The translations under genes and the position numbers were made by a program. Positions 19,529 to 29,173 of a stretch of 64,000 nucleotides of DNA are shown one piece after another. The stretch comes from an uncultured Thiomicrospira sp. (GTDB lineage Bacteria; Pseudomonadota; Gammaproteobacteria; CAKMZV01): positions 576,001-640,000 of the forward strand of contig OZ239628.1 of assembly GCA_965195345.1 (NCBI GenBank), given 5' to 3'. Positions within the stretch are counted from its first letter, which is position 1. Each line of letters opens with the position of its first letter. The notes under the pieces were generated by a model, which saw nothing but the letters and a program-made list of their open reading frames with translations, did no database searches and was not told where the DNA came from.

Positions 19529-20638
19529 TTAACTGATGACTTTTATAGGGTCATGATAGGGATAACCTAAAGCCTCACTGACCGCTTTATAAGTGACTTT
19601 CCCTGCGTGCACATTGAGTCCGTTTAATAAGTGCTTATCGGACTTGAGTGCTTTTAATCCATTACGCGCAAGGGCAAGTGTAAATGGTAATGTAACGTTA
19701 TTCAATGCATAGGTTGATGTACGCGGAACACTACCTGGCATATTAGCAACGCAGTAATGTACCACACCATCCACTACGTAAGTTGGTTCTTGATGCGTGG
19801 TTGCTCGAGATGTTTCAAAACACCCACCCTGATCAATGGCAACATCAACGACTACAGAGCCTTTTTTCATTCTGCTGATAAGATCTCTGCTCAATAATTT
19901 TGGTGCTGCTGCACCGGGTAATAGTACTGCGCCAATCACTAAGTCAGAATCAAGGGCAAAATTTTCAATCATTTCCATCGTTGAATATACGCACCGTAAA
20001 TTGCTGTAGGTGCGGTCTAAATCGCGCAATCGTTCAACGGAACGATCCATTATAGTAACATCAGCACCCATGCCAATCGCCATTTGAGCAGCGTTTTCAC
20101 CAACAACACCACCGCCTATAATGAGAACTTTGGCGGGTTCAACTCCTGGAACGCCGCCGAGTAGGGTGCCACTGCCACCGTGTGCCTTTTCGAGACAGTG
20201 TGCTCCTGCTTGGATGGAGAGGCGACCTGCAACTTCGCTCATAGGTGCAAGCAGGGGTAGGCGATTACTGTTATCAGTAACCGTTTCATAAGCGATAGCG
20301 GTAACACCGCTTTCCACTAACAAGCGTGTTTGTTCGGGGTCGGGGGCAAGATGTAGGTAAGTGAAAAGAATTTGTCCAGAGCGCAGCATCCGACATTCAT
20401 CGGGTTGAGGCTCTTTCACTTTGACAATCATATCAGCTTGACGATAGATGATCTCTGCGTTGTCAACGATAGTTGCTCCAATTTTTTGGTAGTCGTTATC
20501 ACTGATTCCTATTCCTTCGCCTGCTCCAGACTGGATATGTACTTGGTGATTGTTTCTAATAAGTTCAGCAACACTGGTGGGTGTTAAGCCGACACGATAT
20601 TCATGATTTTTAATTTCTTTTGGAGTGCCTATAATCAT
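19529..20638 (-). CDS. ald: Alanine dehydrogenase
   Basis: [53 protein letters not shown]. Confidence 0.97.
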   Translation of the reverse strand: MIIGTPKEIKNHEYRVGLTPTSVAELIRNNHQVHIQSGAGEGIGISDNDYQKIGATIVDNAEIIYRQADMIVKVKEPQPDECRMLRSGQILFTYLHLAPDPEQTRLLVESGVTAIAYETVTDNSNRLPLLAPMSEVAGRLSIQAGAHCLEKAHGGSGTLLGGVPGVEPAKVLIIGGGVVGENAAQMAIGMGADVTIMDRSVERLRDLDRTYSNLRCVYSTMEMIENFALDSDLVIGAVLLPGAAAPKLLSRDLISRMKKGSVVVDVAIDQGGCFETSRATTHQEPTYVVDGVVHYCVANMPGSVPRTSTYALNNVTLPFTLALARNGLKALKSDKHLLNGLNVHAGKVTYKAVSEALGYPYHDPIKVIS

Positions 20639-20703
20639 TTTTTTAACCTTCAACAACGTTTTAAATTCAAGTGGATATGATAGATGGAAATATTTGATAA
20701 CAC

Positions 20704-20741
20704 TTACTGAAATTGATGCTATTTTTGATTCTTTTCAGTAA
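20704..20741. promoter_or_regulatory. Inverted repeat in the ald/lrp divergent promoter (candidate regulator site)
   Basis: TTACTGAAA-N20-TTTCAGTAA. Confidence 0.4.
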
Positions 20742-20778
20742 AATATATTGTGAAATAAGATTTATAAGGTAAATTATT

Positions 20779-21234
20779 ATGTTAGATGACATTGACAAAA
20801 GACTCTTGTCTATATTACAGGGAAATGGAAGACTTACTTACTCGGCACTTGCTGAGCAAATCGGATTGACAACCAGTCCATGCATTGAGCGTGTCAAGCG
20901 TTTAGAGAGGGAAGGTTATATTCAAGGTTATTCTACATTGCTCAAGGCGGATAAAATGGGCTTGGGATTGGTGGTGTTCGTTCAGATTCAGTTGGACCGC
21001 ACGTCTACTGAAAACTTCTCAGAATTCAGGGAAAGTGTGAAACGGTTGGAATCCGTTCAAGAATGTTATTTGGTGGCGGGCAGCTTTGACTTTTTGATTA
21101 AGGTGCGATTGAACGATATGGAAGCATATAGACGCTTTCTCGAGGATCAATTGCTTACTATTTCAGGGGTGCGCGCGTCAACCACCATTGCGGTTATGGA
21201 AACCATTAAAGAGTCGCTTGCCTTACCGCTTTGA
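20779..21234 (+). CDS. Lrp/AsnC family regulator (AldR-like, divergent from ald)
   Basis: LDDIDKRLL..LQ.NGR, PCIERVKRLE.EGYI.GY, ECYLVAGSFD. Confidence 0.92.
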   Translation: MLDDIDKRLLSILQGNGRLTYSALAEQIGLTTSPCIERVKRLEREGYIQGYSTLLKADKMGLGLVVFVQIQLDRTSTENFSEFRESVKRLESVQECYLVAGSFDFLIKVRLNDMEAYRRFLEDQLLTISGVRASTTIAVMETIKESLALPL

Positions 21235-21281
21235 GCATGTCCACGCTTGCAGGCGTTTTTCTCTTGATTTTTTTGGAAAGA

Positions 21282-22406
21282 TTAGGGCTTTGCTAAGCGG
21301 CTTTTCAGTACACGTATGCGACTTTTCAAATCACCACGATCAATGTAGCATCCGCGCAGATGGCGTGCTCCAGTTTGTGGGTCAAATTCTGTGCGCCCGT
21401 GCAACACTCTACGGTTATCAAAGACAACCATTTCTTTGCTGCTAAGCTTAAATTTGATGAGGAAAGTAGGGTCACGCATGATTGACATAAACAAACGATA
21501 AGCACGATAAAACGGACGCATCATTTCTTTGGACAGTCTGAATGTGGTTGCTATGTGTGCGTTGTAGTTTATTTCATCAATCGCTCCTTTGTTCAATGAA
21601 ATAACCGACTTGCGTTCAAAGAGATCCCAATTATCATCGTGAAAACGAAAAGGAATAGTGCATTCGCTCAAAATTTTAAATTCTTCAGGATGATGTTGAC
21701 GGATATGTTCGGCAACGGCAAAACCATCAACAAAAATAGACTCACCACCCGTTGACTGATTATTCAAACAATGTAAGAATTGAAATCCGGGGGGCAATTC
21801 TTGATTGGGTAAGTCGGTGTGCAGGGGTAAAGCCTCCGAGGTATATGCTTGATTGTTAGGGTTCGGTTTGGAGCGCACATTGAAAGTGATCCCAAAATTT
21901 GTCTCGCGCATATGAGCAATGCGAAGGGCAATTTTTTCTAATCCATCTTCAGCCATATTGCGTACAAGCACCAGCCCTACGTTATGTAGTTTGATGAGCC
22001 ACTCAGACAGCGCAGCGTCATCATTGAGCAATTGTTCGTACTGTATTTCTATTATATTTTCACCATAGTCGCTTAACCAGCTTTTGCTTTTGAACTTGTT
22101 TTCTGAAACCTCTGCTTGCAGATTGGTGTAATCGTTTTGCAGCAACCACTCAATAGAATACACAGAAGTGTGATTGTCGTTTTGCCAAGTAATGGATAAG
22201 GTTTCGTTTGTTACATCAATTGAAGCGGGGGCAATATCGTCTGAAATACTCAATAAATCAAAATTGCGTTCTTTAGTGCTTGGATGAAAAGCCGATGCGC
22301 AGTTATCACGCAACCAAAGATAGTCAAAATGTGAGATCTGTTGGTTGTCCCAATGTACTTCTAAGTGGTTTTGGAGTTGTTTAGTTTTGGTAATATGTGA
22401 ATTCAT
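21282..22406 (-). CDS. Gamma-butyrobetaine hydroxylase-like Fe(II)/2-oxoglutarate dioxygenase (TauD family with N-terminal GBBH domain)
   Basis: WLRDNC N-terminal motif, LPLHTD, GGES.FVDGF, FDNRRVLHGR, RHLRGCY. Confidence 0.88.
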   Translation of the reverse strand: MNSHITKTKQLQNHLEVHWDNQQISHFDYLWLRDNCASAFHPSTKERNFDLLSISDDIAPASIDVTNETLSITWQNDNHTSVYSIEWLLQNDYTNLQAEVSENKFKSKSWLSDYGENIIEIQYEQLLNDDAALSEWLIKLHNVGLVLVRNMAEDGLEKIALRIAHMRETNFGITFNVRSKPNPNNQAYTSEALPLHTDLPNQELPPGFQFLHCLNNQSTGGESIFVDGFAVAEHIRQHHPEEFKILSECTIPFRFHDDNWDLFERKSVISLNKGAIDEINYNAHIATTFRLSKEMMRPFYRAYRLFMSIMRDPTFLIKFKLSSKEMVVFDNRRVLHGRTEFDPQTGARHLRGCYIDRGDLKSRIRVLKSRLAKP

Positions 22407-22587
22407 TTTGATATTATCGTGATCTTTCTATGCTTTAAACAGTGCGACATTATGCAAGACATGGAAAGCATTTTATCTTCATTTTTTGAAAATCGTATGG
22501 AAATTTAATAATCGCAATCATAGTACAATCAATTCTCTTTTTTTCAGAGTTATCTTTATCTTTCAACGCATTCGTTTTTAAGGTTCT

Positions 22588-23322
22588 ATGCAAGCAGGTT
22601 CATCACAGTCTAGGCTATCAATGTTTATGAGTGGTGTCAAATCGCTTCCACCGATATTGCTTGGGGTATTTCCTTTCGGTTTGGTCGTTGGTGTTACTGC
22701 AGGTGAAGCTGGTTATGATGTGTGGCAGATTGCTTTGCAATCAGCAACGATGTTTTCAGGGACAGCACAAATTACTTTTATTCATTTGCGTGAATTGGGT
22801 TCTCCAGCATGGGTTGCTGTAGTCAGCACAGTGATTGTTAATGTTCGCTTGTTGCTTTATGGGTTTTCAATCGCGCCTTATTGGCAAGAGTTACCCAAAG
22901 GATGGCGTTTGGCTATGGGTTTTTTTCTGACCGATCAAGCGTATGCAATTTCCCTGAAAGAATATCGTCAAGAGACTTTTAGTGTGGCTAAGAAAATATG
23001 GTGCTTTTTCGGATTTTCTCTCATTTTTTATATGCTTTGGATTATCAGCACGATGCTTGGTAATTTGTTGGGGGTATTCATTCCTTTGTCTTGGGAAATC
23101 AACTTTGCTTTACCGTTAGTATTCTTAACACTTCTTATTGCAATTTTGCGTAAGCGATCGCAAATTATTTCAGCAATGGTTGCTGGGCTATGTGCACTAT
23201 TGCTGCACGACTTGCCGCATAATCTTGGATTTTTGATGGCGGTATTTTTGGGGATAGTGGTTGGTGTATTGTTGGACGTTAAAAATGGTGACGTGCAGGC
23301 TGATAAAGAGGGGAGAACATGA
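22588..23322 (+). CDS. AzlC family amino acid exporter, large subunit
   Basis: PFG...G, FSGTAQ, VNVRLLLY, LTDQAYA; hydrophobic. Confidence 0.88.
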   Translation: MQAGSSQSRLSMFMSGVKSLPPILLGVFPFGLVVGVTAGEAGYDVWQIALQSATMFSGTAQITFIHLRELGSPAWVAVVSTVIVNVRLLLYGFSIAPYWQELPKGWRLAMGFFLTDQAYAISLKEYRQETFSVAKKIWCFFGFSLIFYMLWIISTMLGNLLGVFIPLSWEINFALPLVFLTLLIAILRKRSQIISAMVAGLCALLLHDLPHNLGFLMAVFLGIVVGVLLDVKNGDVQADKEGRT

Positions 23323-23636
23323 GTTTATTGGACTTGATTCTCATTTTATTGGTCTCGATTATTACTTACGGCATTCGCATACTATTTATTGCTTCAGATC
23401 GGCCGATTCGTCTGAATCCTTATTTGAAAGCAACATTGGACCATATTCCCGTCGCTTGTTTTAGTGCTTTGATTTTCCCATGGGTATGGGTTATTAATGG
23501 CGAATTTGAAGTAGATATTGCCCGCACGATTGCCATTACTATTGCTGCAATTACTGGTTTTTATATTCGCAGTCTGTACACTGCCATTATTACCGGCTTG
23601 ATAGCGTTATGGCTTTCTCGTTATTTGCTTTCTTGA
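23319..23636 (+). CDS. AzlD family small membrane subunit
   Basis: ITYGIR, L..IP....ALI; ATGA overlap with azlC. Confidence 0.82.
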   Translation: MSLLDLILILLVSIITYGIRILFIASDRPIRLNPYLKATLDHIPVACFSALIFPWVWVINGEFEVDIARTIAITIAAITGFYIRSLYTAIITGLIALWLSRYLLS

Positions 23637-23664
23637 GAAATAGTACCTTGACTCATTAGGAAAT

Positions 23665-23696
23665 GTTTTAGCCACATTTGATAATGTGGCTAAAAC
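23665..23696. terminator. Bidirectional intrinsic terminator between azlD and rne
   Basis: 14-bp perfect stem GTTTTAGCCACATT-tgat-AATGTGGCTAAAAC between convergent genes. Confidence 0.75.
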
Positions 23697-23713
23697 TTGT
23701 AAGAAGCTAATTT

Positions 23714-25546
23714 TTAGCTGGCTTTTTCTTTCTCAGGTTGCTTAGGGCGTCTTGGTCGATTGTGATAACGACGGTTGGAATTATTTCTATTCTCACCGTT
23801 TCTGTTGTTATTGTTTCTGCGATTGTTGTTTCTGTTATTCCTATAGTTATTGGCTTTCTTAGGAGGTGCTTTTTTGGGCATCACTAAATCTAATAACCGC
23901 TGTATAAGACTTATTTTCTTTTTTGGTGCTTGGGTATCAGGACTGACATGGGCAATTGCTGGTTTTTCCTTATGAGTAGGTGGGCGTGCCATGCGATTTA
24001 ATAAATCTTTTGTAGAATCTTTGGATTTTGTTTTGTTCTCAAAACTGGCAGAGTACTTTCCAAGTCGTTTGTCACCCAATTCAATTATTTCTAAATCAAA
24101 ATGCGAATAGTGAATGTTTTCGTTGGGTATGATAACGATAGAAACGCTTTGGCGCTCTTCAATGCGTAAAATATCACTGCGCTTTTCATTGATAATGAAG
24201 GTTGCTAAGTCGGTTGGTAATTGCAGATATATGCGCACTGCCCCTTTGCTGGTTGCTGCTTCTTCTAAAGAGCGAATGATGCCAGCAGCTGAGGATTCTA
24301 TGCTACGGGTAATGCCTGATCCACCACAGCTTGGGCAGAGCATCTGGTTTTTGTCAACCAGAGAAGAACCTATTCGTTGGCGCGACATCTCCATCAAACC
24401 AAAACGAGATATACGTGATGTTTTAATACGTGCACGATCGAATTGCAAAGCTTGTTCAAAGTGCTCTTCAACTTTATGGCGGTTACCATTGCTAGACATG
24501 TCGATGTAATCAATAACCATCAAACCGCCGAGATCACGCAAACGTAGCTGGCGAGCAACTTCTGTTGCCGCTTCAAGGTTTGTTTGTAGAGCAGTTTCTT
24601 CAATACCTTTGCCCTGAGTAGCACGGCCTGAGTTGACATCAATTGAAATCAATGCTTCAGTGGCATCAATGACAATAGCACCTCCCGAAGGTAAGATGAC
24701 TTCTCTTGCGAAAGCGCCTTCTATTTGCGTTTCTATATCGAAATGATTGAACAACGGTAATGGATTAGAATATTTCTTCAAATTTGGAGCGAAGTCAGGA
24801 ATGGCTTCACGGATAAAATTGAATGCCCGTTGATAGGTATCATCGTCATCAATGATTATTTCTTCAACATCGGAACGGAGATGGTCACGTATTGTGCGTT
24901 CAATTAATCCGTCTTCTTGATAGATTAGGAAAGGTCCTTTTTTCTTTGCAGCAGCCGATTGAATCAATCCCCATAATTTGAGCATATACTGTAAGTTCCA
25001 CTGCAGTTCCTCAATGCTTCTGCCTGCCGCGGATGTGCGCAAAATAAGACGCATTCCTTCAGGGACAACTAATTTTTCTAAAGATTCACGTGTTTCGCGA
25101 CGCTGAGTGTCATCGAGGGATCGAGAAACACCTCTTGCATTGTTACCTGCGCTCTCGCTTGTTGGCATAAGTACAAGAAAAGCCCCTGCAATGGAAATGA
25201 AAGTAGTTAAAGAAGCGCCTTTAGTACCTCGTTCTTCTTTGTCGACTTGAATAATTAACTCTTGTCCTGATTTAATCTGTTGATCAACAGTTAAGTCTTC
25301 GCTGGGTTGTTGGAAACAACCGCTGTGTATTTCTTTGAAGGGAAGAAAGCCATGACGCTCTTGCCCGAAATTGACAAAAGCAGCCTCAAGGCTTGGTTCA
25401 ACACGAGTGATAACACCTTTATAAATGTTAGAACGTTTATTGTTACTTGCAGCTGTTTCGATACTTAAATCAAACAACTGAGTCTCTTCCACCAGTGCCA
25501 CTCGCAACTCTGCTGGATTATTAGCATTTATTAGAATCCTTTTCAT
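23714..25546 (-). CDS. rne: Ribonuclease E (short C-terminal scaffold)
   Basis: MKRILIN, EPSLEAAFV, HGFLP, KEERGTKGA, IDVNSG, TNLEAA, DYIDM, CPSCGGSG Zn-link, amphipathic SLIQRLLDLV and an Arg/Asn-rich tail. Confidence 0.93.
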   Translation of the reverse strand: MKRILINANNPAELRVALVEETQLFDLSIETAASNNKRSNIYKGVITRVEPSLEAAFVNFGQERHGFLPFKEIHSGCFQQPSEDLTVDQQIKSGQELIIQVDKEERGTKGASLTTFISIAGAFLVLMPTSESAGNNARGVSRSLDDTQRRETRESLEKLVVPEGMRLILRTSAAGRSIEELQWNLQYMLKLWGLIQSAAAKKKGPFLIYQEDGLIERTIRDHLRSDVEEIIIDDDDTYQRAFNFIREAIPDFAPNLKKYSNPLPLFNHFDIETQIEGAFAREVILPSGGAIVIDATEALISIDVNSGRATQGKGIEETALQTNLEAATEVARQLRLRDLGGLMVIDYIDMSSNGNRHKVEEHFEQALQFDRARIKTSRISRFGLMEMSRQRIGSSLVDKNQMLCPSCGGSGITRSIESSAAGIIRSLEEAATSKGAVRIYLQLPTDLATFIINEKRSDILRIEERQSVSIVIIPNENIHYSHFDLEIIELGDKRLGKYSASFENKTKSKDSTKDLLNRMARPPTHKEKPAIAHVSPDTQAPKKKISLIQRLLDLVMPKKAPPKKANNYRNNRNNNRRNNNNRNGENRNNSNRRYHNRPRRPKQPEKEKAS

Positions 25547-26146
25547 CTGTCCACCTTTTGTGTTGTAATTTGAGTAATAAAGTTACTTAATCACTCAAAT
25601 TTTTTCTAGCAAGGTTGTTGGCTTATTTTTTTTATTTTTCACCACAGCATAACCGTTATTTACGGAAATCTTGCCATACGGGTGTAGATATGAAAAGCAA
25701 AACGTCTGATTAGTTGATCAACCAATCAGGTACAGTAACTCCTACCCATTTTCTGGGTGGTGGTATTAGTAAAAATGGTATCTAAATTTAACAATTCCAT
25801 TGTGAACAAAATTCTGTATCTCTTTATAAAAACGCTGGCATTTTAAGGGCTTTTTCAATCATCAACCTTTTCAACATCGCCGAATATTCGGTCTTACTTC
25901 TGTGTTGTACAAAGTTGGAGCGCGTTTTAGCTTTTACACTACACATTAATGAATTGCATAGTTTTAACCGGGCAATTCTCCAGTTCTTTTAGAAATGGGA
26001 TTGTATCATGAAAGGGATGTGGAAAACTTTTATTGCAATAATACTTTTGATTGATTGTTGCGTGATGAGGGTAATGGGCAGAACGGGAGAATTAGTTAGC
26101 TTTTGGATTAAAAAAGATGCAAGGTAATGGAAAAGATGATGTGTTT

Positions 26147-26890
26147 TTATTCAACATAAGATAATTTACCCAATTGAAAAGTTTTTTCTTTTTGGGATAG
26201 TTTTAGCATGTGCCATGCCATTGCTGAATTGCTACTAATTACTGGTATTTGAATTGATTCTTCCGCGCGTTCAATGATGTTTACCGCTTTTAAATTAGTG
26301 CAGGATATAAATATCGCATCACACGATTTTTGCATGGCGACGTTACAAATAGCATCATATATGGATTCTTCACTAATAAAGCCAACGTTCCGATCAATGA
26401 TTTCATTAAAGGATGCATGAACAGTGATTTCAAAACTTGCATCTTCAAGCGTATTTTGTAAAGATTTTGAAACTGCAGGAATATAAGGTGAGATGAAACC
26501 AATTTTTTTTGCATTGAGTCCATTCAATGCGGCTTTAACTGCACGAACAGGATTGGTGACTTGTGTTCTTGGATGCACTTTATGGATGATTGAAGCAATT
26601 TTTTCTTCACCAATAACTGAGGAAGCAGAAGTGCATCCATAACCGATAACATCCATATCATCACCAGTCGGAAATAGCGATACGCTGTTCAATAAATTTT
26701 CTTCCATTGCTGAAAGCGATTGAACGGTAACCTCCTCGTCGTTAAATATTCGACTGTGATATAGAGTGATGTCTTTGTCGTTTATGAGTTTTTTGAAATC
26801 ATCTTCAATGGTTATGTCGGTTTTTAAAACAACCACGCCAAAGCGTTTTAACGTGCTCCGATTGTCTAGAGAGTAGGATAGGTCATGCAT
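26147..26890 (-). CDS. Asp/Glu racemase / maleate isomerase superfamily protein (EutA-like)
   Basis: D.TIEDDF, GYGCTSAS and FISCTNL (both catalytic Cys), SPY, PVISSN. Confidence 0.85.
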   Translation of the reverse strand: MHDLSYSLDNRSTLKRFGVVVLKTDITIEDDFKKLINDKDITLYHSRIFNDEEVTVQSLSAMEENLLNSVSLFPTGDDMDVIGYGCTSASSVIGEEKIASIIHKVHPRTQVTNPVRAVKAALNGLNAKKIGFISPYIPAVSKSLQNTLEDASFEITVHASFNEIIDRNVGFISEESIYDAICNVAMQKSCDAIFISCTNLKAVNIIERAEESIQIPVISSNSAMAWHMLKLSQKEKTFQLGKLSYVE

Positions 26891-26892
26891 AA

Positions 26893-28053
26893 TCAATTTC
26901 CAATTATAGGTAGTTCGCAAGGCGCACGGCGAGAAAGTAATTCTGCTCCTTCTGGACGAATAACTATGTTCTCTTCATGAACCATCATTTTTCCTGGTGA
27001 GATTTCTATGCTTGGTTCGATTGTTAGAACCATGTTTTCTTCGATTACAGTTGTATCAGTGCTGGTATGTGAGGGCCATTCAGTGAGTTGCATTCCCAAT
27101 CCATGACCCAAGCGACCTATGACTTTACAGTCGCCACCGTGTTTTTCGATAATTTTTGCCATAGCGGTAAAAACATCACAACAACGATTGCCAACTTTGG
27201 CAGCGGCAATGCCTGCTTCGGTAGCATTGTATAGAACTTGATACATGTGATGCGCCTTTTTATTTGCTGAAAGTAGGGCGTAGTTTCTATCAAAATCGCA
27301 AAAATAACCATGCCTTGTCGATCCTGTATCAAGCATGAGTACGTCGCCTTTTTCCAAAGGTCTATTGTTAGGAGGCGAAATTACATCGCTATAACCACCT
27401 TGGTTGGCTGATCCAACCAGATATGGAACATCCTCAGCGCCTTTTTCAAGTAAAGTGATTTTGAAAGAACGAAACACTTCATCAAGCGGTTGCCCTACTT
27501 GAAAGTTGATTGCATCGAATGCATCGTTGGCGATCGTACAGATTGTTTTTATTTTTTCAATTTCTGCTTCAGATTTGATCATGCGCAATGTTCGGATTAA
27601 TTGAGTGCAATCCACCCATTCTGAAGAAGGTAATAAATTTTGTAATTTTTTTAAATCGTTTAGCGGCATTCTTAGTTGTGTTTCGTGCCCACACATGATA
27701 CCGATACGAGCATGTTGGTTAGTTAATTCTTCAATGGTGGCATGCAGTAGAGAAATTCCTTCATCTTCTGGATTAGGCGAGAACCAAGTACGAATATCAT
27801 CAATCCAAGTGGATTGCATTAGTTGCTCCCCGATACTTGGAATGACAGACACTGGTTTACCAATTTGAGGTAACAACAAAAACCATGGTCGCGTTGGGGA
27901 TTGCCAAAATAATGTGCGAAACCCTGAAAAATAACGTACTTCTGGTTCAGAATTTAATAACAATAAATCAATTTTTTGCTGTGCCATCAAATCTTGTGCT
28001 TTCAATAAGCGGCTTTCAAACTCAGCGGTGGAGAAATCTCCAATATGAGGCAT
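26893..28053 (-). CDS. M24 (Xaa-Pro peptidase/creatinase/EutD-like) hydrolase
   Basis: EF..RL...Q, FWQSPTRP, RMIKSEAEI, DTG...GYFCDFDR, GHGLG, TIEP, HEE. Confidence 0.88.
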   Translation of the reverse strand: MPHIGDFSTAEFESRLLKAQDLMAQQKIDLLLLNSEPEVRYFSGFRTLFWQSPTRPWFLLLPQIGKPVSVIPSIGEQLMQSTWIDDIRTWFSPNPEDEGISLLHATIEELTNQHARIGIMCGHETQLRMPLNDLKKLQNLLPSSEWVDCTQLIRTLRMIKSEAEIEKIKTICTIANDAFDAINFQVGQPLDEVFRSFKITLLEKGAEDVPYLVGSANQGGYSDVISPPNNRPLEKGDVLMLDTGSTRHGYFCDFDRNYALLSANKKAHHMYQVLYNATEAGIAAAKVGNRCCDVFTAMAKIIEKHGGDCKVIGRLGHGLGMQLTEWPSHTSTDTTVIEENMVLTIEPSIEISPGKMMVHEENIVIRPEGAELLSRRAPCELPIIGN

Positions 28054-29159
28054 TAACTTTGCTCAGTTAGTATAACAAGTGCACGCGAAGACGCATCAAG
28101 CCCTAATTGATCACGCACCTTTTTGTCACGCGCATATTGGTGTAGCACAGACAAACCAGCACAGCCAGAAGAGGTGGTTTCTATTGAGTGTGTACGCAGC
28201 CATGAAACAGTGTCGAGAACTTGGCTATCGCTCAAAGTTATAAACCAATCGGCATCACGGGATAGGCAATTGAGTGCCACGTGAGATGGCTCTTTACAAT
28301 CTAACCTGCCCATGTCAGAAGTAGGTCCTTGAGTGACTACTACCTTGCCCGCACGAATGCTTTCTATTACTGCTGGTGCTGCTGTTGGTTCAACAATGGT
28401 AATGATAGGAGCATCGCCCCAGCAGTGCCTAAACCAAGCAGTAGCGGCGGCGGCGATACCACCAACTCCAGCTTGTAAAAAAATGTGTGTTGGCGGTTTT
28501 TCCATTTGCGAACTTGTCTCGTGCGTAACAGCGAGATAGCCCTCCATCAATCTGGTTGGTACCTCGGTATAACCCGGCCAAGAAGTATCCGAGATTAGGT
28601 GCCAACCGTTTAATTCAATTTGTTGTATGGCGGCGTCAAGACTTTCAGAGTAATCATTGCCAGCACGAACAACTTTCGCGCCGTATTCGCGTAGACGTTT
28701 AGCGAAGGATTCAGGAACACTTTGGCTTAGAAAAATAACTGCTTGCGCTCCAAAAATACGGGAACCAGCAGCGATAGAAAGCCCATGGTTTCCAGCACTG
28801 GCACAAGAGAAAGTAAAGCCCTCAAGTGTTTTTTTTAATTGTTCTTTAGAAATGTTTTCAAGGCTGACATTAGGGGTTTCAGCAATTATTTCAGCAGCCT
28901 TACGGGCAATCACATAGGCCGCTCCAGTTGCTTTGAAACTACCAAGTCCCATACGTGCGCGTTCGTCTTTCAAATACACTTGACTCACGGCTAATTCTGT
29001 AGCCATTTCTTTGATTTGTATCAAAGGTGTTTCTTGAGTAGCAGGGCAATGTTTGAGTAAATCTAACACAGCTTGAACGTCAGTGCTAACCTGTTTGTCT
29101 TTCATTGCCTCACTTGGAGTAATGCCTTGATGCCTCCACGGGTTTTTTAATATTTCCAT
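28053..29159 (-). CDS. PLP-dependent fold-II lyase, diaminopropionate ammonia-lyase-like
   Basis: KDE..RMGLGSFKATG (PLP Lys), SAGNHG, SDTSWPGY, THIFLQAGVGG, C.EPS. Confidence 0.8.
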   Translation of the reverse strand: MEILKNPWRHQGITPSEAMKDKQVSTDVQAVLDLLKHCPATQETPLIQIKEMATELAVSQVYLKDERARMGLGSFKATGAAYVIARKAAEIIAETPNVSLENISKEQLKKTLEGFTFSCASAGNHGLSIAAGSRIFGAQAVIFLSQSVPESFAKRLREYGAKVVRAGNDYSESLDAAIQQIELNGWHLISDTSWPGYTEVPTRLMEGYLAVTHETSSQMEKPPTHIFLQAGVGGIAAAATAWFRHCWGDAPIITIVEPTAAPAVIESIRAGKVVVTQGPTSDMGRLDCKEPSHVALNCLSRDADWFITLSDSQVLDTVSWLRTHSIETTSSGCAGLSVLHQYARDKKVRDQLGLDASSRALVILTEQS

Positions 29160-29173
29160 TTTTATGATCAGTC

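Noticed and set aside
26893-28053. M24 protein as DMSP lyase DddP or bona fide ectoine hydrolase DoeA
   Set aside because: Shorter than DddP and no diagnostic similarity recognised; no doeB/C/D genes adjacent; family-level call only
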